Positions 8,904 to 16,299 of a stretch of 64,000 nt of DNA are shown piece after piece; positions within the stretch are counted from its first letter, which is position 1, and every line of letters starts with the position of its first letter. The DNA is from a bacterium (lineage in GTDB: Bacteria > Bacillota > Clostridia > Lachnospirales > Lachnospiraceae): NCBI GenBank assembly GCA_023664305.1, contig JAMPFT010000012.1, positions 350 to 64,349 on the forward strand, given 5' to 3'. The translations under genes were made by a program, and so were the position numbers. Under the pieces are notes generated by a model that searched no databases, was not told the origin of the DNA, and saw only the letters and a list, made by a program, of their open reading frames with translations.

Positions 8904-9782
8904 ATGGAGGATACCAGAATACAATGGCATTCCGGCTTTGTGTCGGCCATGGATCTGGAGCTGAGGCAGTATAGGGATTCCCTGATATTTGAGCGGGAGT
9001 ATAATCTGAATACAAAACCGTTGGAGATAGATTTGCTGGTGATCAAAAAGAAGCCGTCTACTCAGATTTCCAATGAGATCGGAAGGTTTTTCAGGGGACA
9101 TAATGTCATGGAGTACAAGTCGCCGGAGGATCGCCTGGATATAGACACGTTCTACAAGGTTGGGGCATACGCCAGCCTTTACAAGGCGTATGGCAGGACG
9201 GTAGATGCGGTAAAGGCCGATGATGTGACGGTGTCTATCCTCCGGGAGACAAAGCCGGAGGCGCTTTTCGGATATTTTAAGTCACACGGCTTTACGGTGA
9301 CGAACCCGTTCCGCGGGATATATTATGTGCAAAGCGGAGTCCTGTTTCCGACCCAGATTGTGGTCACGAGGGAGCTGGATAAAGCGGGACACAGTTGGCT
9401 GAGGTTTCTGTCGAACCGCCTGGAGAAGCAGGATGTAGTAGAGATGCTGGAAAACATCGGGCGACTGTCGGAGAAGAGAGACCAGGAGCTTGCGGATTCT
9501 GTCCTGAAGGTAAGCGCGGAAGCGAACAGGCAGGTTGTGAATGAATTGATAGGAGGCAATACTATGTATGAAGCGTTATTGGAGTTTATGGAGCCGCAAA
9601 AAAAGTTGTGGAAAAAGGAAGGGTTAGATGAGGGGATTCAGGGAGCCGTTGATACGCTGAGAGATTTCGGCCATGAAGAGGAAGAAATCAAGACGGCAAT
9701 TATGAAGAGATATGATTTATCCGAGGAGGAAGCGGAAAACTATCTGGGGGTAAGGGGTTCCGGGCAAAAGGTTACAGTATGA
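8904..9782 (+). CDS. PD-(D/E)XK nuclease-like protein (Rpn/PDDEXK_2-like)
   Basis: EIDLLVIKK...NVMEYKS motif; Rpn-like C-terminus EGLDEGIQGAVDTL...YDLSEEEAENYL; alternative GTG start 8898; extended -10 TGaTATACT at 8865-8873. Confidence 0.7.
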   Translation: MEDTRIQWHSGFVSAMDLELRQYRDSLIFEREYNLNTKPLEIDLLVIKKKPSTQISNEIGRFFRGHNVMEYKSPEDRLDIDTFYKVGAYASLYKAYGRTVDAVKADDVTVSILRETKPEALFGYFKSHGFTVTNPFRGIYYVQSGVLFPTQIVVTRELDKAGHSWLRFLSNRLEKQDVVEMLENIGRLSEKRDQELADSVLKVSAEANRQVVNELIGGNTMYEALLEFMEPQKKLWKKEGLDEGIQGAVDTLRDFGHEEEEIKTAIMKRYDLSEEEAENYLGVRGSGQKVTV

Positions 9783-9837
9783 ACGATTGCAGGTAACAAA
9801 TGGTTATCAGTGTGTGGGAAACGCTTTAAGCAGAGTT

Positions 9838-9974
9838 ACACGTTGTTTTATGAGTGGCGGGAAAGCCTTTAAGATAGGAGTTCCCGCCATTTCTTTTGTC
9901 TCTTTTCTTCATGGCTTTTATAAACGGACGGCAGAGGAAAAACTGTAACTTTGCTATGGCGGTTAATTTGCGAA
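9838..9974 (+). repeat. direct repeat copy 2
   Basis: acacgttg...ggcgggaaagcctttaag...ttcccgccatttcttttgtctcttttcttcatggctttta...aactgtaactttgctatggc matches 8695-8830. Confidence 0.92.
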
Positions 9975-9991
9975 CCTCTTTTTGATGAATA

Positions 9992-10020
9992 TTGACTTTG
10001 CCGGACAAAGCCAGTATAAT
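9992..10020 (+). promoter_or_regulatory. SigA promoter, probably giving a leaderless transcript
   Basis: TTGACT-17bp-TATAAT, ATG 8 nt downstream, no SD. Confidence 0.8.
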
Positions 10021-10027
10021 GAGTCTC

Positions 10028-10309
10028 ATGGAACAGAAGAGTGAAAATCTGCGTTTTTGCAGGAAGTGTCTGACAAGGGAACTGGCGGACGGCGGGGAGA
10101 CCTATCAATCGCTGCGAGCGTATATCGACAATCTGGATCCGGATATAAAAGCGTCGGAGCAGCTGTACCGGGAGCGGCTTTCGGCCTGTAAGGAGTGCGA
10201 CCTTCTGTTGGCGGGGATGTGCCGCAGCTGCGGGTGCTATGTGGAACTGCGGGCGGCGATGGCGAAAAACAGGTGTCCTGAAAAAAAATGGCAGGCTGAC
10301 GGGAAGTAG
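10028..10309 (+). CDS. small Cys-rich protein (DUF6171-like)
   Basis: CRKC, CKEC, CRSCGCYV, RCP cysteine pattern. Confidence 0.7.
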   Translation: MEQKSENLRFCRKCLTRELADGGETYQSLRAYIDNLDPDIKASEQLYRERLSACKECDLLLAGMCRSCGCYVELRAAMAKNRCPEKKWQADGK

Positions 10310-10324
10310 GATAAAGGTATCGAA

Positions 10325-10747
10325 ATGGAGAAACAGGAATTTCTTGAAAAGCTTCGCATGGCGTTGAACGGCAGGCTTGCGTCGGATGTGGTTTCCGACA
10401 CGGTCAGCTATTATGAGGATTATATCAACACCGAGGTGCGCATGGGCCGGGAAGAGGAGGAGGTCATGAACTCTCTCGGCGATCCCAGACTGATCGCGCG
10501 GACGATCGTCGAGACTAAGGGACGGCAGAGCGCCAGCGATGTATATTCGGAACAGGAATCGGAGGACAGAGAGATCAAAAGGCGGTATCCCCCCGTGTCT
10601 GTGTTGGTCTGGCTTGCGCTGATTTTTCTTGCGGCAGTGTTGATAATGGTTAGGATGTTCCAGATGATACGGGTTCTCTGGCCTTTTCTCATTGTGATAG
10701 TTGTAGCGGTGTTTTTTGTAAGAATGTTTCGGGACTGGTTCTTTTAG
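10325..10747 (+). CDS. DUF1700 domain membrane protein
   Basis: MEKQEFLEKLR...YYEDYI...GREEEEVMNSLGDPRLIARTI plus C-terminal hydrophobic helices. Confidence 0.8.
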   Translation: MEKQEFLEKLRMALNGRLASDVVSDTVSYYEDYINTEVRMGREEEEVMNSLGDPRLIARTIVETKGRQSASDVYSEQESEDREIKRRYPPVSVLVWLALIFLAAVLIMVRMFQMIRVLWPFLIVIVVAVFFVRMFRDWFF

Positions 10748-10853
10748 CCTGTCGTCGGATCCGTTTTTATGAAATGAAAATTTTTTTGTATAATTTCTTT
10801 TGTTTTTTGCAATACTACTTCCTGTAACCGATAACCAACAGGAGGTATGAATC

Positions 10854-11015
10854 ATGGACAACAATAAGTACAATAACGCAAACAATTCCGAGAACTGCAA
10901 GAACAGCAGCCAGAACAACAGTCAGAACCAGAACAACAACCAGAAGAACAATCAGAACAATAACCAGAGCCAGAACAGCAGCCAGAACAACAACCAGAAG
11001 AATAACAACTACTAA
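10854..11015 (+). CDS. 53-aa Asn/Gln-rich small protein (absent from ORF track)
   Basis: AGGAGGT at 10840-10846, ATG 10854, TAA 11013-11015; MDNNKYNNANNSENCKNSSQNNSQNQNNNQKNNQNNNQSQNSSQNNNQKNNNY; followed by terminator-like hairpin. Confidence 0.8.
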   Translation: MDNNKYNNANNSENCKNSSQNNSQNQNNNQKNNQNNNQSQNSSQNNNQKNNNY

Positions 11016-11030
11016 TACGGCTGCAGTCGG

Positions 11031-11057
11031 TAGGGACGCCTGAGGGTGTCCCTATTT
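11031..11057 (+). terminator. terminator-like hairpin after small N/Q ORF
   Basis: tagggacgcc-tga-gggtgtcccta then ttt. Confidence 0.6.
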
Positions 11058-11078
11058 ACATAATATGTGAGGAGAGCC

Positions 11079-12239
11079 ATGCGCAGATTTGAATTGATCG
11101 CCCCCTGTCATTTTGGAATGGAATCCGTATTGAAGAGAGAGATTACGGATCTCGGATATGATATTACGGAAGTTGCGGACGGACGGGTGACCTTTTTCGG
11201 AGACGAGGAGGCGCTGTGCCGGGCCAATATTTTTCTGAGGACGGCAGAGAGGATCCTGATTAAGATCGGAAGCTTCCGCGCGGAAAGCTTTGAGGAGCTT
11301 TTTCAGGGAACGCGCTCTCTGCCCTGGGAGGAATACATACCGGAGAACGGGAAGTTCTGGGTTGCCAAGGCTGCCAGCGTCAAATCCAGGCTTTTCAGCC
11401 CCTCGGACATTCAGTCGGTCATGAAGAAGGCCATGGTGGAGCGGCTGAAACTAAAATATGGTAAGGAGTGGTTCGCTGAGGACGGGGAGAGTTTTCCGGT
11501 CAGGGTATTTTTGATGAAGGACGAAGTAACGGCGGGCTTAGACAGTACAGGGGTGTCTCTGCACAAGCGGGGCTACCGTAAGCTTACGGCAAAGGCTCCC
11601 ATCGCGGAGAATCTTGCGGCGGCGCTGATTATGTTGACGCCCTGGAATCGGGACAGGATATTGGTGGATCCTTTTTGCGGCAGCGGTACTTTTCCCATCG
11701 AGGCGGCTATGATGGCCGCGGGGATGGCGCCGGGCGCAAACAGAAGCTTTACCGCCGAAGCGTGGCCCCATATTGTGGATAGGAAGCGCTGGTACGATAC
11801 GCTGGACGAGGCTGCCGAGGGAGTGGATTTGACCGTGGATACGGACATCCAGGGGTATGATATTGACGATCACATGGTCAGCATTGCCAGAGAGAACGCA
11901 AGGCTGGCGGGGGTGGACAAGCTGATTCATTTTCAGAGGCGGAGCGTTGCGGAGTTGAGCCATCCGAAAAAATACGGCTTCCTGATCACAAACCCGCCTT
12001 ACGGGGAGAGGCTTCAGGAGAAGCAGGAGCTGCCGGCGCTGTACCGGCTGATCGGAGAGAGATACAGGGCGCTGGATTCCTGGAGTATGTATCTGATCAC
12101 GGCGTATGAAGATGCGGAAAAGGATATCGGCAGACAGGCGGACAGGAACCGGAAGATTTATAACGGGATGATGAAGACCTATTATTATCAGTTTCTGGGG
12201 CCCAGACCGCCGAAAGCGGGGAAGGTGCGGGAGCAATGA
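11079..12239 (+). CDS. THUMP-domain class I SAM-dependent RNA methyltransferase (RlmL/YpsC-like)
   Basis: SLHKRGYR, APIAENLAAA, DPFCGSGT, ITNPPYGER. Confidence 0.9.
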   Translation: MRRFELIAPCHFGMESVLKREITDLGYDITEVADGRVTFFGDEEALCRANIFLRTAERILIKIGSFRAESFEELFQGTRSLPWEEYIPENGKFWVAKAASVKSRLFSPSDIQSVMKKAMVERLKLKYGKEWFAEDGESFPVRVFLMKDEVTAGLDSTGVSLHKRGYRKLTAKAPIAENLAAALIMLTPWNRDRILVDPFCGSGTFPIEAAMMAAGMAPGANRSFTAEAWPHIVDRKRWYDTLDEAAEGVDLTVDTDIQGYDIDDHMVSIARENARLAGVDKLIHFQRRSVAELSHPKKYGFLITNPPYGERLQEKQELPALYRLIGERYRALDSWSMYLITAYEDAEKDIGRQADRNRKIYNGMMKTYYYQFLGPRPPKAGKVREQ

Positions 12240-13318
12240 GAGGCGGCAGAAGACGGAGAAAGGAAAACGGCAAGGCAGTCTGCGCGGCGTGGACGTTTTT
12301 GCTGACAGGCTGTATGGCGGTCATGCTATACTTCGCGTCGGGAAAGGCCGTCGTGATCGCAGATGCGTCCCGGGATCAGACCGGGCTTCCGGTCAGCCCG
12401 GCCCTGCCGGAAGGCGGGACTTTGACGGTACAGCTTCGGCTGGAGGAAGCCTCTGATGCGGCGGGAAGCCTGTATATTCCGCTGCCCAGGGGAATCAGGG
12501 CAGAAAATATTGTGATGGAGAACCGATATACGGCAAAAGAAATCTGGCTGTATATGCAGGGTGTGGAAGGGACGTTTTACGAGGAAAATCCCGTGACCGG
12601 CGATCTTTCCCATGCGCTGGGGGGAAGCGGGGAAAAGCAGGAGGACGGGGTTCTTCTGAAAATCCGGATGGACCGTGTGCTGGAGTACAAAAGTACCCTG
12701 GAGGGCGAAAGCCTGCACATCGTCTGGTATGAGCCCCATGAGCTTTACGATTACGTTTGCGTACTGGATCCCGCCTGGGGAGGCGGCGAAGAGGGAATCG
12801 GGGACAGGGAGCTTTCCGGAAAGGATGTAACGCTGCAGACGGCTTTACAGGTGCAGAAAGGCTTTTCTTTGGAGAATGTGCGGCTTTATCTCACCCGGAC
12901 AGAGGATACGGAGACCTCCCCGGATCAAAGGGCGTCGTTTGCAAAAGAGGTAAAAGCGGATCTTTACTTAAGGCTTGGCGTGTCCCGGGCGGATACGGAG
13001 GAGGATTACGGCATCCGCGGCATTTACAATACGGAATATTTTATCCCGGGCTTCGGCAATGCGCAGCTGGCGGATCTGGTCACGAGAAAGGTAACCGTCG
13101 CGGCCAGCAACCGGGCTCTGGGATTGGAAACGGCCGGAGAGGAGAGTATACTCAAAGGCTTAAGTATACCGGCGGCGGAGATTTCCCTGGGGTATCTGTC
13201 AAACCCGCAGGAGGAGTATCTGCTGGGACAGGAAACCTACCGGGAAAAGCTGGCCGAGGGGATTTTGGAAGCCCTGCAGGAGGCCGTGGGGATGCTGGAA
13301 CAGGAAAAGCTCCAATAG
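12236..13318 (+). CDS. membrane-anchored Amidase_3-fold protein, catalytic residues substituted
   Basis: N-terminal TM helix; VLDPAWGG, GKDVTL, YLTRTED, ADLYLRLG, AEISLGYLSN align to the Amidase_3 pattern. Confidence 0.75.
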   Translation: MRGGRRRRKENGKAVCAAWTFLLTGCMAVMLYFASGKAVVIADASRDQTGLPVSPALPEGGTLTVQLRLEEASDAAGSLYIPLPRGIRAENIVMENRYTAKEIWLYMQGVEGTFYEENPVTGDLSHALGGSGEKQEDGVLLKIRMDRVLEYKSTLEGESLHIVWYEPHELYDYVCVLDPAWGGGEEGIGDRELSGKDVTLQTALQVQKGFSLENVRLYLTRTEDTETSPDQRASFAKEVKADLYLRLGVSRADTEEDYGIRGIYNTEYFIPGFGNAQLADLVTRKVTVAASNRALGLETAGEESILKGLSIPAAEISLGYLSNPQEEYLLGQETYREKLAEGILEALQEAVGMLEQEKLQ

Positions 13319-13335
13319 GAAGCGAGGATACGGAA

Positions 13336-13944
13336 GTGGAAAAAATCATATTTGCAACGGGAAACGCAGGCAAAATGAGAGAGATCAGAATGATTCTGTC
13401 GGATCTGGGCGCGGAGGTGCTTTCCATGAAGGAGGCGGGCATCTTTTGCGATATCGAGGAGAACGGGACGACCTACGAGGAAAACGCGCTGATTAAGGCA
13501 AGGGCGGTTGCGGCCTGCACGGACGCGGCGGTTCTGGCGGACGATTCCGGGCTGGAGATCGACGCTTTAGACGGCGAGCCGGGCGTTTTTTCCGCGAGGT
13601 ATCTGGGAGAGGATACCCCTTACCGCGTCAAGAACGCGAATCTGATCGAAAGACTGCAGGGAGTGCCGGATGAAAAGCGCACCGCCCGGTTTGTCTGCGC
13701 CATCGCCGCGGTGCTGCCGGACGGACGGGAGATAACGACCCGCGCCGCCGTTGAGGGAAGGATCGGCTATGAAGAAAAAGGAGAAGGCGGCTTCGGGTAC
13801 GATCCCGTTTTTTATGTGCCGGAACTGAAAAAGACGACGGCGGAGCTTACGGAGGAGGAAAAAAATCTTGTGAGCCACCGGGGAAAAGCGCTCAGGCTGA
13901 TGAAAGAGGAATTGAAAAAGTATGAAAATATTGATTGTCAGTGA
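13336..13944 (+). CDS. rdgB: non-canonical purine NTP pyrophosphatase (RdgB/HAM1)
   Basis: FATGNAGK, ENALIKA, ADDSGLEIDAL, PGVFSARY, GFGYDPVF, SHRGKA; GTG start 13336. Confidence 0.93.
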   Translation: MEKIIFATGNAGKMREIRMILSDLGAEVLSMKEAGIFCDIEENGTTYEENALIKARAVAACTDAAVLADDSGLEIDALDGEPGVFSARYLGEDTPYRVKNANLIERLQGVPDEKRTARFVCAIAAVLPDGREITTRAAVEGRIGYEEKGEGGFGYDPVFYVPELKKTTAELTEEEKNLVSHRGKALRLMKEELKKYENIDCQ

Positions 13945-14398
13945 TACGCACAGAAGGGACGACAATTATTTCCGCGCGCTGGAGCGGGAAAAGCCGGATA
14001 TGGTGATCCACTGCGGCGACACGGAGGGAAGCGAGTACGCGCTGACTGCGGCGGCGGACTGTCCGGTACATATTGTCTTGGGGAACAATGACTTCTTTTC
14101 CGATCTGCCCCGGGAGATTATTCTGGAGATAGGCCCCTACAGGGCATGGGTGGTTCACGGCCACAATTATTATGTGTCGATGGGGAACGAATCCCTGAAG
14201 CGGGAGGCTGCCGCGAGGGGGATGGATATCGTTTTTTACGGGCATACCCACAGACCGTCGGTGGATACGGAGGGCGACGTGATTGCTGTGAACCCCGGAA
14301 GCCTTTCCTATCCGAGGCAGGAGGGCAGACGCCCTTCCTATATTGTCATGGAACTGGACGAGGAGGACGAGCTGCATTTCAGGGTGGAATATCTGTAG
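13922..14398 (+). CDS. YfcE/YsnB family metallophosphoesterase
   Basis: VSDTH, IHCGD, GNND, VHGH, YGHTH, NPGS motifs. Confidence 0.92.
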   Translation: MKILIVSDTHRRDDNYFRALEREKPDMVIHCGDTEGSEYALTAAADCPVHIVLGNNDFFSDLPREIILEIGPYRAWVVHGHNYYVSMGNESLKREAAARGMDIVFYGHTHRPSVDTEGDVIAVNPGSLSYPRQEGRRPSYIVMELDEEDELHFRVEYL

Positions 14399-14427
14399 CG
14401 GGCGGCACGGCTTACCTGGCGCGGAAG

Positions 14428-14477
14428 TCGCTTGAAAAAGTTTTATGCTTTGGCAAAAACTCGCTTGAAAAAGTTTT
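14428..14477 (+). repeat. 17-bp direct repeat upstream of the AAA gene
   Basis: tcgcttgaaaaagtttt at 14428 and 14461. Confidence 0.85.
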
Positions 14478-14559
14478 CTGTTTTTATAAAATGTTCTTTA
14501 AAAAAATTGTTTAACCGTGTATCATGTACTTAAAAACAGAAAAAAGGAGCGGATGTAAT

Positions 14560-15879
14560 ATGTTGAAGCGAAAAATTGAGCAGCGTTTCGTCGAATGGAA
14601 AAACACCCAAAACCGTAAGCCTCTGATTGTAAAGGGCTGCCGCCAGTGCGGGAAGACCTTTTCCGCGTTGGATTTTGCAAAGAGGAACTACAAAAATGTG
14701 GTATATCTCAATTTCTTTGAAAACCCGAATTATGCCTCTGTGTTTTCCGGGTCTTTGGAGGTTGACAATATTGTTATGTTACTCTCCGCATTGCTGGGGA
14801 GTCAGGCCGTGTTTGAGCCCGGACAAACTGTTTTGATCCTGGACGAGATCCAGGATTGTCCTGATGCAAGAACTGCCTTGAAATTTTTTCACAAAGATGG
14901 CAGGTATGATGTGATCGGAACAGGCTCCCTGCTGGGTGTGAAGGGCTATGGAAAAGAACCGAAGTCTATTCCTGTAGGTTCAGAGACAGTTGTCGATATG
15001 TATCCGTTGGACTTTGAGGAATTTCTCTGGGCCAATAACATTGGTGAACCTGTTATTGACGTGCTGAAAAAGAATTTGAAGACTGAATCACCTGTCCCTG
15101 ATGCCCTGCACAGTCTCATGAGACAGCTTCTCCTGCAATACACGGTCGTTGGCGGCATGCCGGATGCAGTTCAAACTTTTGTAGACACGAAACGGATGGA
15201 TGAGGTATTGCGCATCCAGCGGGACATTGTCCGTTCTTATGAGGATGACATGGTAAAGTATGCCGACAGGAAGGATAAATCCCATATCAGAGAATGCTTC
15301 CAATCCATTCCCAAGCAGCTTAGTAAGGAGAACAAAAAATTCCAATATTCCGTTGTGAAAAAAGGTTCCACCGCATCGAAATATGCAGGCAGTCTGCAAT
15401 GGATCGAAGATGCCGGTATTATCGCAAGATGCTACAATCTCTCCACAACAGAGTTACCTTTAGACGGTAATGCGGAGAAAGATGTTTTTAAGGTTTATAT
15501 GCAGGACTGCGGTCTCTTTGTCAGCATGCTGGAGGACGGTACGCAATATGACATTTTGCAGGGAAATCTCCATGGTTATAAAGGCGCTGTTTTTGAAAAC
15601 CTGATTGCGGATATTTTCACGAAAATGGGGCGTAAGCTCTACTATTATCACAAGGACAGCGGATTAGAAGTGGATTTTGTGACCAGATACAGCGGTGAGT
15701 GTACTCTTGTTGAAGTAAAAGCCGCTACCGGTAATGTAAAAAGTACGAAGACAATTTTGAACCATCCTGAAAAGTATCATGTATTTCATGCCATCAAATT
15801 GGGGGATTACAATGTGGGCAGATCCGGACAAATTCTTACCCTTCCCCTGTATATGGCTTTCCTGTTACGAATATTTTAA
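14560..15879 (+). CDS. AAA_14 ATPase with DUF4143 C-terminal domain
   Basis: GCRQCGKT, ILDEIQ, GTGSLLG, VGGMP, EVDFV...LVEVKA; visibly more AT-rich than neighbours. Confidence 0.9.
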   Translation: MLKRKIEQRFVEWKNTQNRKPLIVKGCRQCGKTFSALDFAKRNYKNVVYLNFFENPNYASVFSGSLEVDNIVMLLSALLGSQAVFEPGQTVLILDEIQDCPDARTALKFFHKDGRYDVIGTGSLLGVKGYGKEPKSIPVGSETVVDMYPLDFEEFLWANNIGEPVIDVLKKNLKTESPVPDALHSLMRQLLLQYTVVGGMPDAVQTFVDTKRMDEVLRIQRDIVRSYEDDMVKYADRKDKSHIRECFQSIPKQLSKENKKFQYSVVKKGSTASKYAGSLQWIEDAGIIARCYNLSTTELPLDGNAEKDVFKVYMQDCGLFVSMLEDGTQYDILQGNLHGYKGAVFENLIADIFTKMGRKLYYYHKDSGLEVDFVTRYSGECTLVEVKAATGNVKSTKTILNHPEKYHVFHAIKLGDYNVGRSGQILTLPLYMAFLLRIF

Positions 15880-15978
15880 TGTTGTGCAGGATTGCTTCTT
15901 ACAATCGCGAGAGCTAATCCTGCCGTATGGGTAAGTGTATAGCGCTTACCCTTCAAAGCTGAAGAGCGAGAAATTTCC

Positions 15979-16008
15979 TTGACAGTTTGCGCGGGGAAGG
16001 CATATAAT
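15979..16008 (+). promoter_or_regulatory. SigA promoter of tRNA-Pro
   Basis: TTGACA-18bp-TATAAT. Confidence 0.8.
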
Positions 16009-16020
16009 GAGCAGGTATCG

Positions 16021-16095
16021 CGGGGTGTGGCTCAGCTTGGCTAGAGCGCCTGGTTTGGGACCAGGAGGCCGCAGGTTCGAATCCTGTCACCCCGA
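16021..16095 (+). tRNA. tRNA-Pro(TGG)
   Basis: cggggtg/caccccg acceptor, cctggttTGGgaccagg anticodon arm. Confidence 0.97.
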
Positions 16096-16104
16096 CGACC
16101 TGAG

Positions 16105-16126
16105 AGCCTGTTTGTCAGGCTTTTTT
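16105..16126 (+). terminator. intrinsic terminator after tRNA-Pro
   Basis: agcctg-tttgt-caggct followed by T run. Confidence 0.75.
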
Positions 16127-16299
16127 GTTAACATAAGTGCGGTTCGCGAGGCGTGCTGCCTTTGCTTTCTCTTGCAGGAGTTTCCGGCGGATTTACGGGG
16201 AACTGTCCGAAGAAGCTGAACGGAGTATGCTTCACGCAGATGCAGGCGCAGTACCTGGCGCGGCGTCCGGGGAATATAGAGAAGACGGAGGGTTTATGT

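Noticed and set aside
8898-9782. Calling the PD-(D/E)XK gene an IS transposase
   Set aside because: No DDE/HUH motifs or terminal inverted repeats; the flanks are long direct repeats
9869-10918. 349-aa minus-strand ORF
   Set aside because: Antisense to three plus-strand genes that have promoters and RBSs; its F/L/V/W-rich start is the complement of the N/Q repeat
12757-13335. N-terminal extension of rdgB as a fusion protein
   Set aside because: Overlaps the amidase-fold gene in another frame; HAM1 homology begins at GTG 13336
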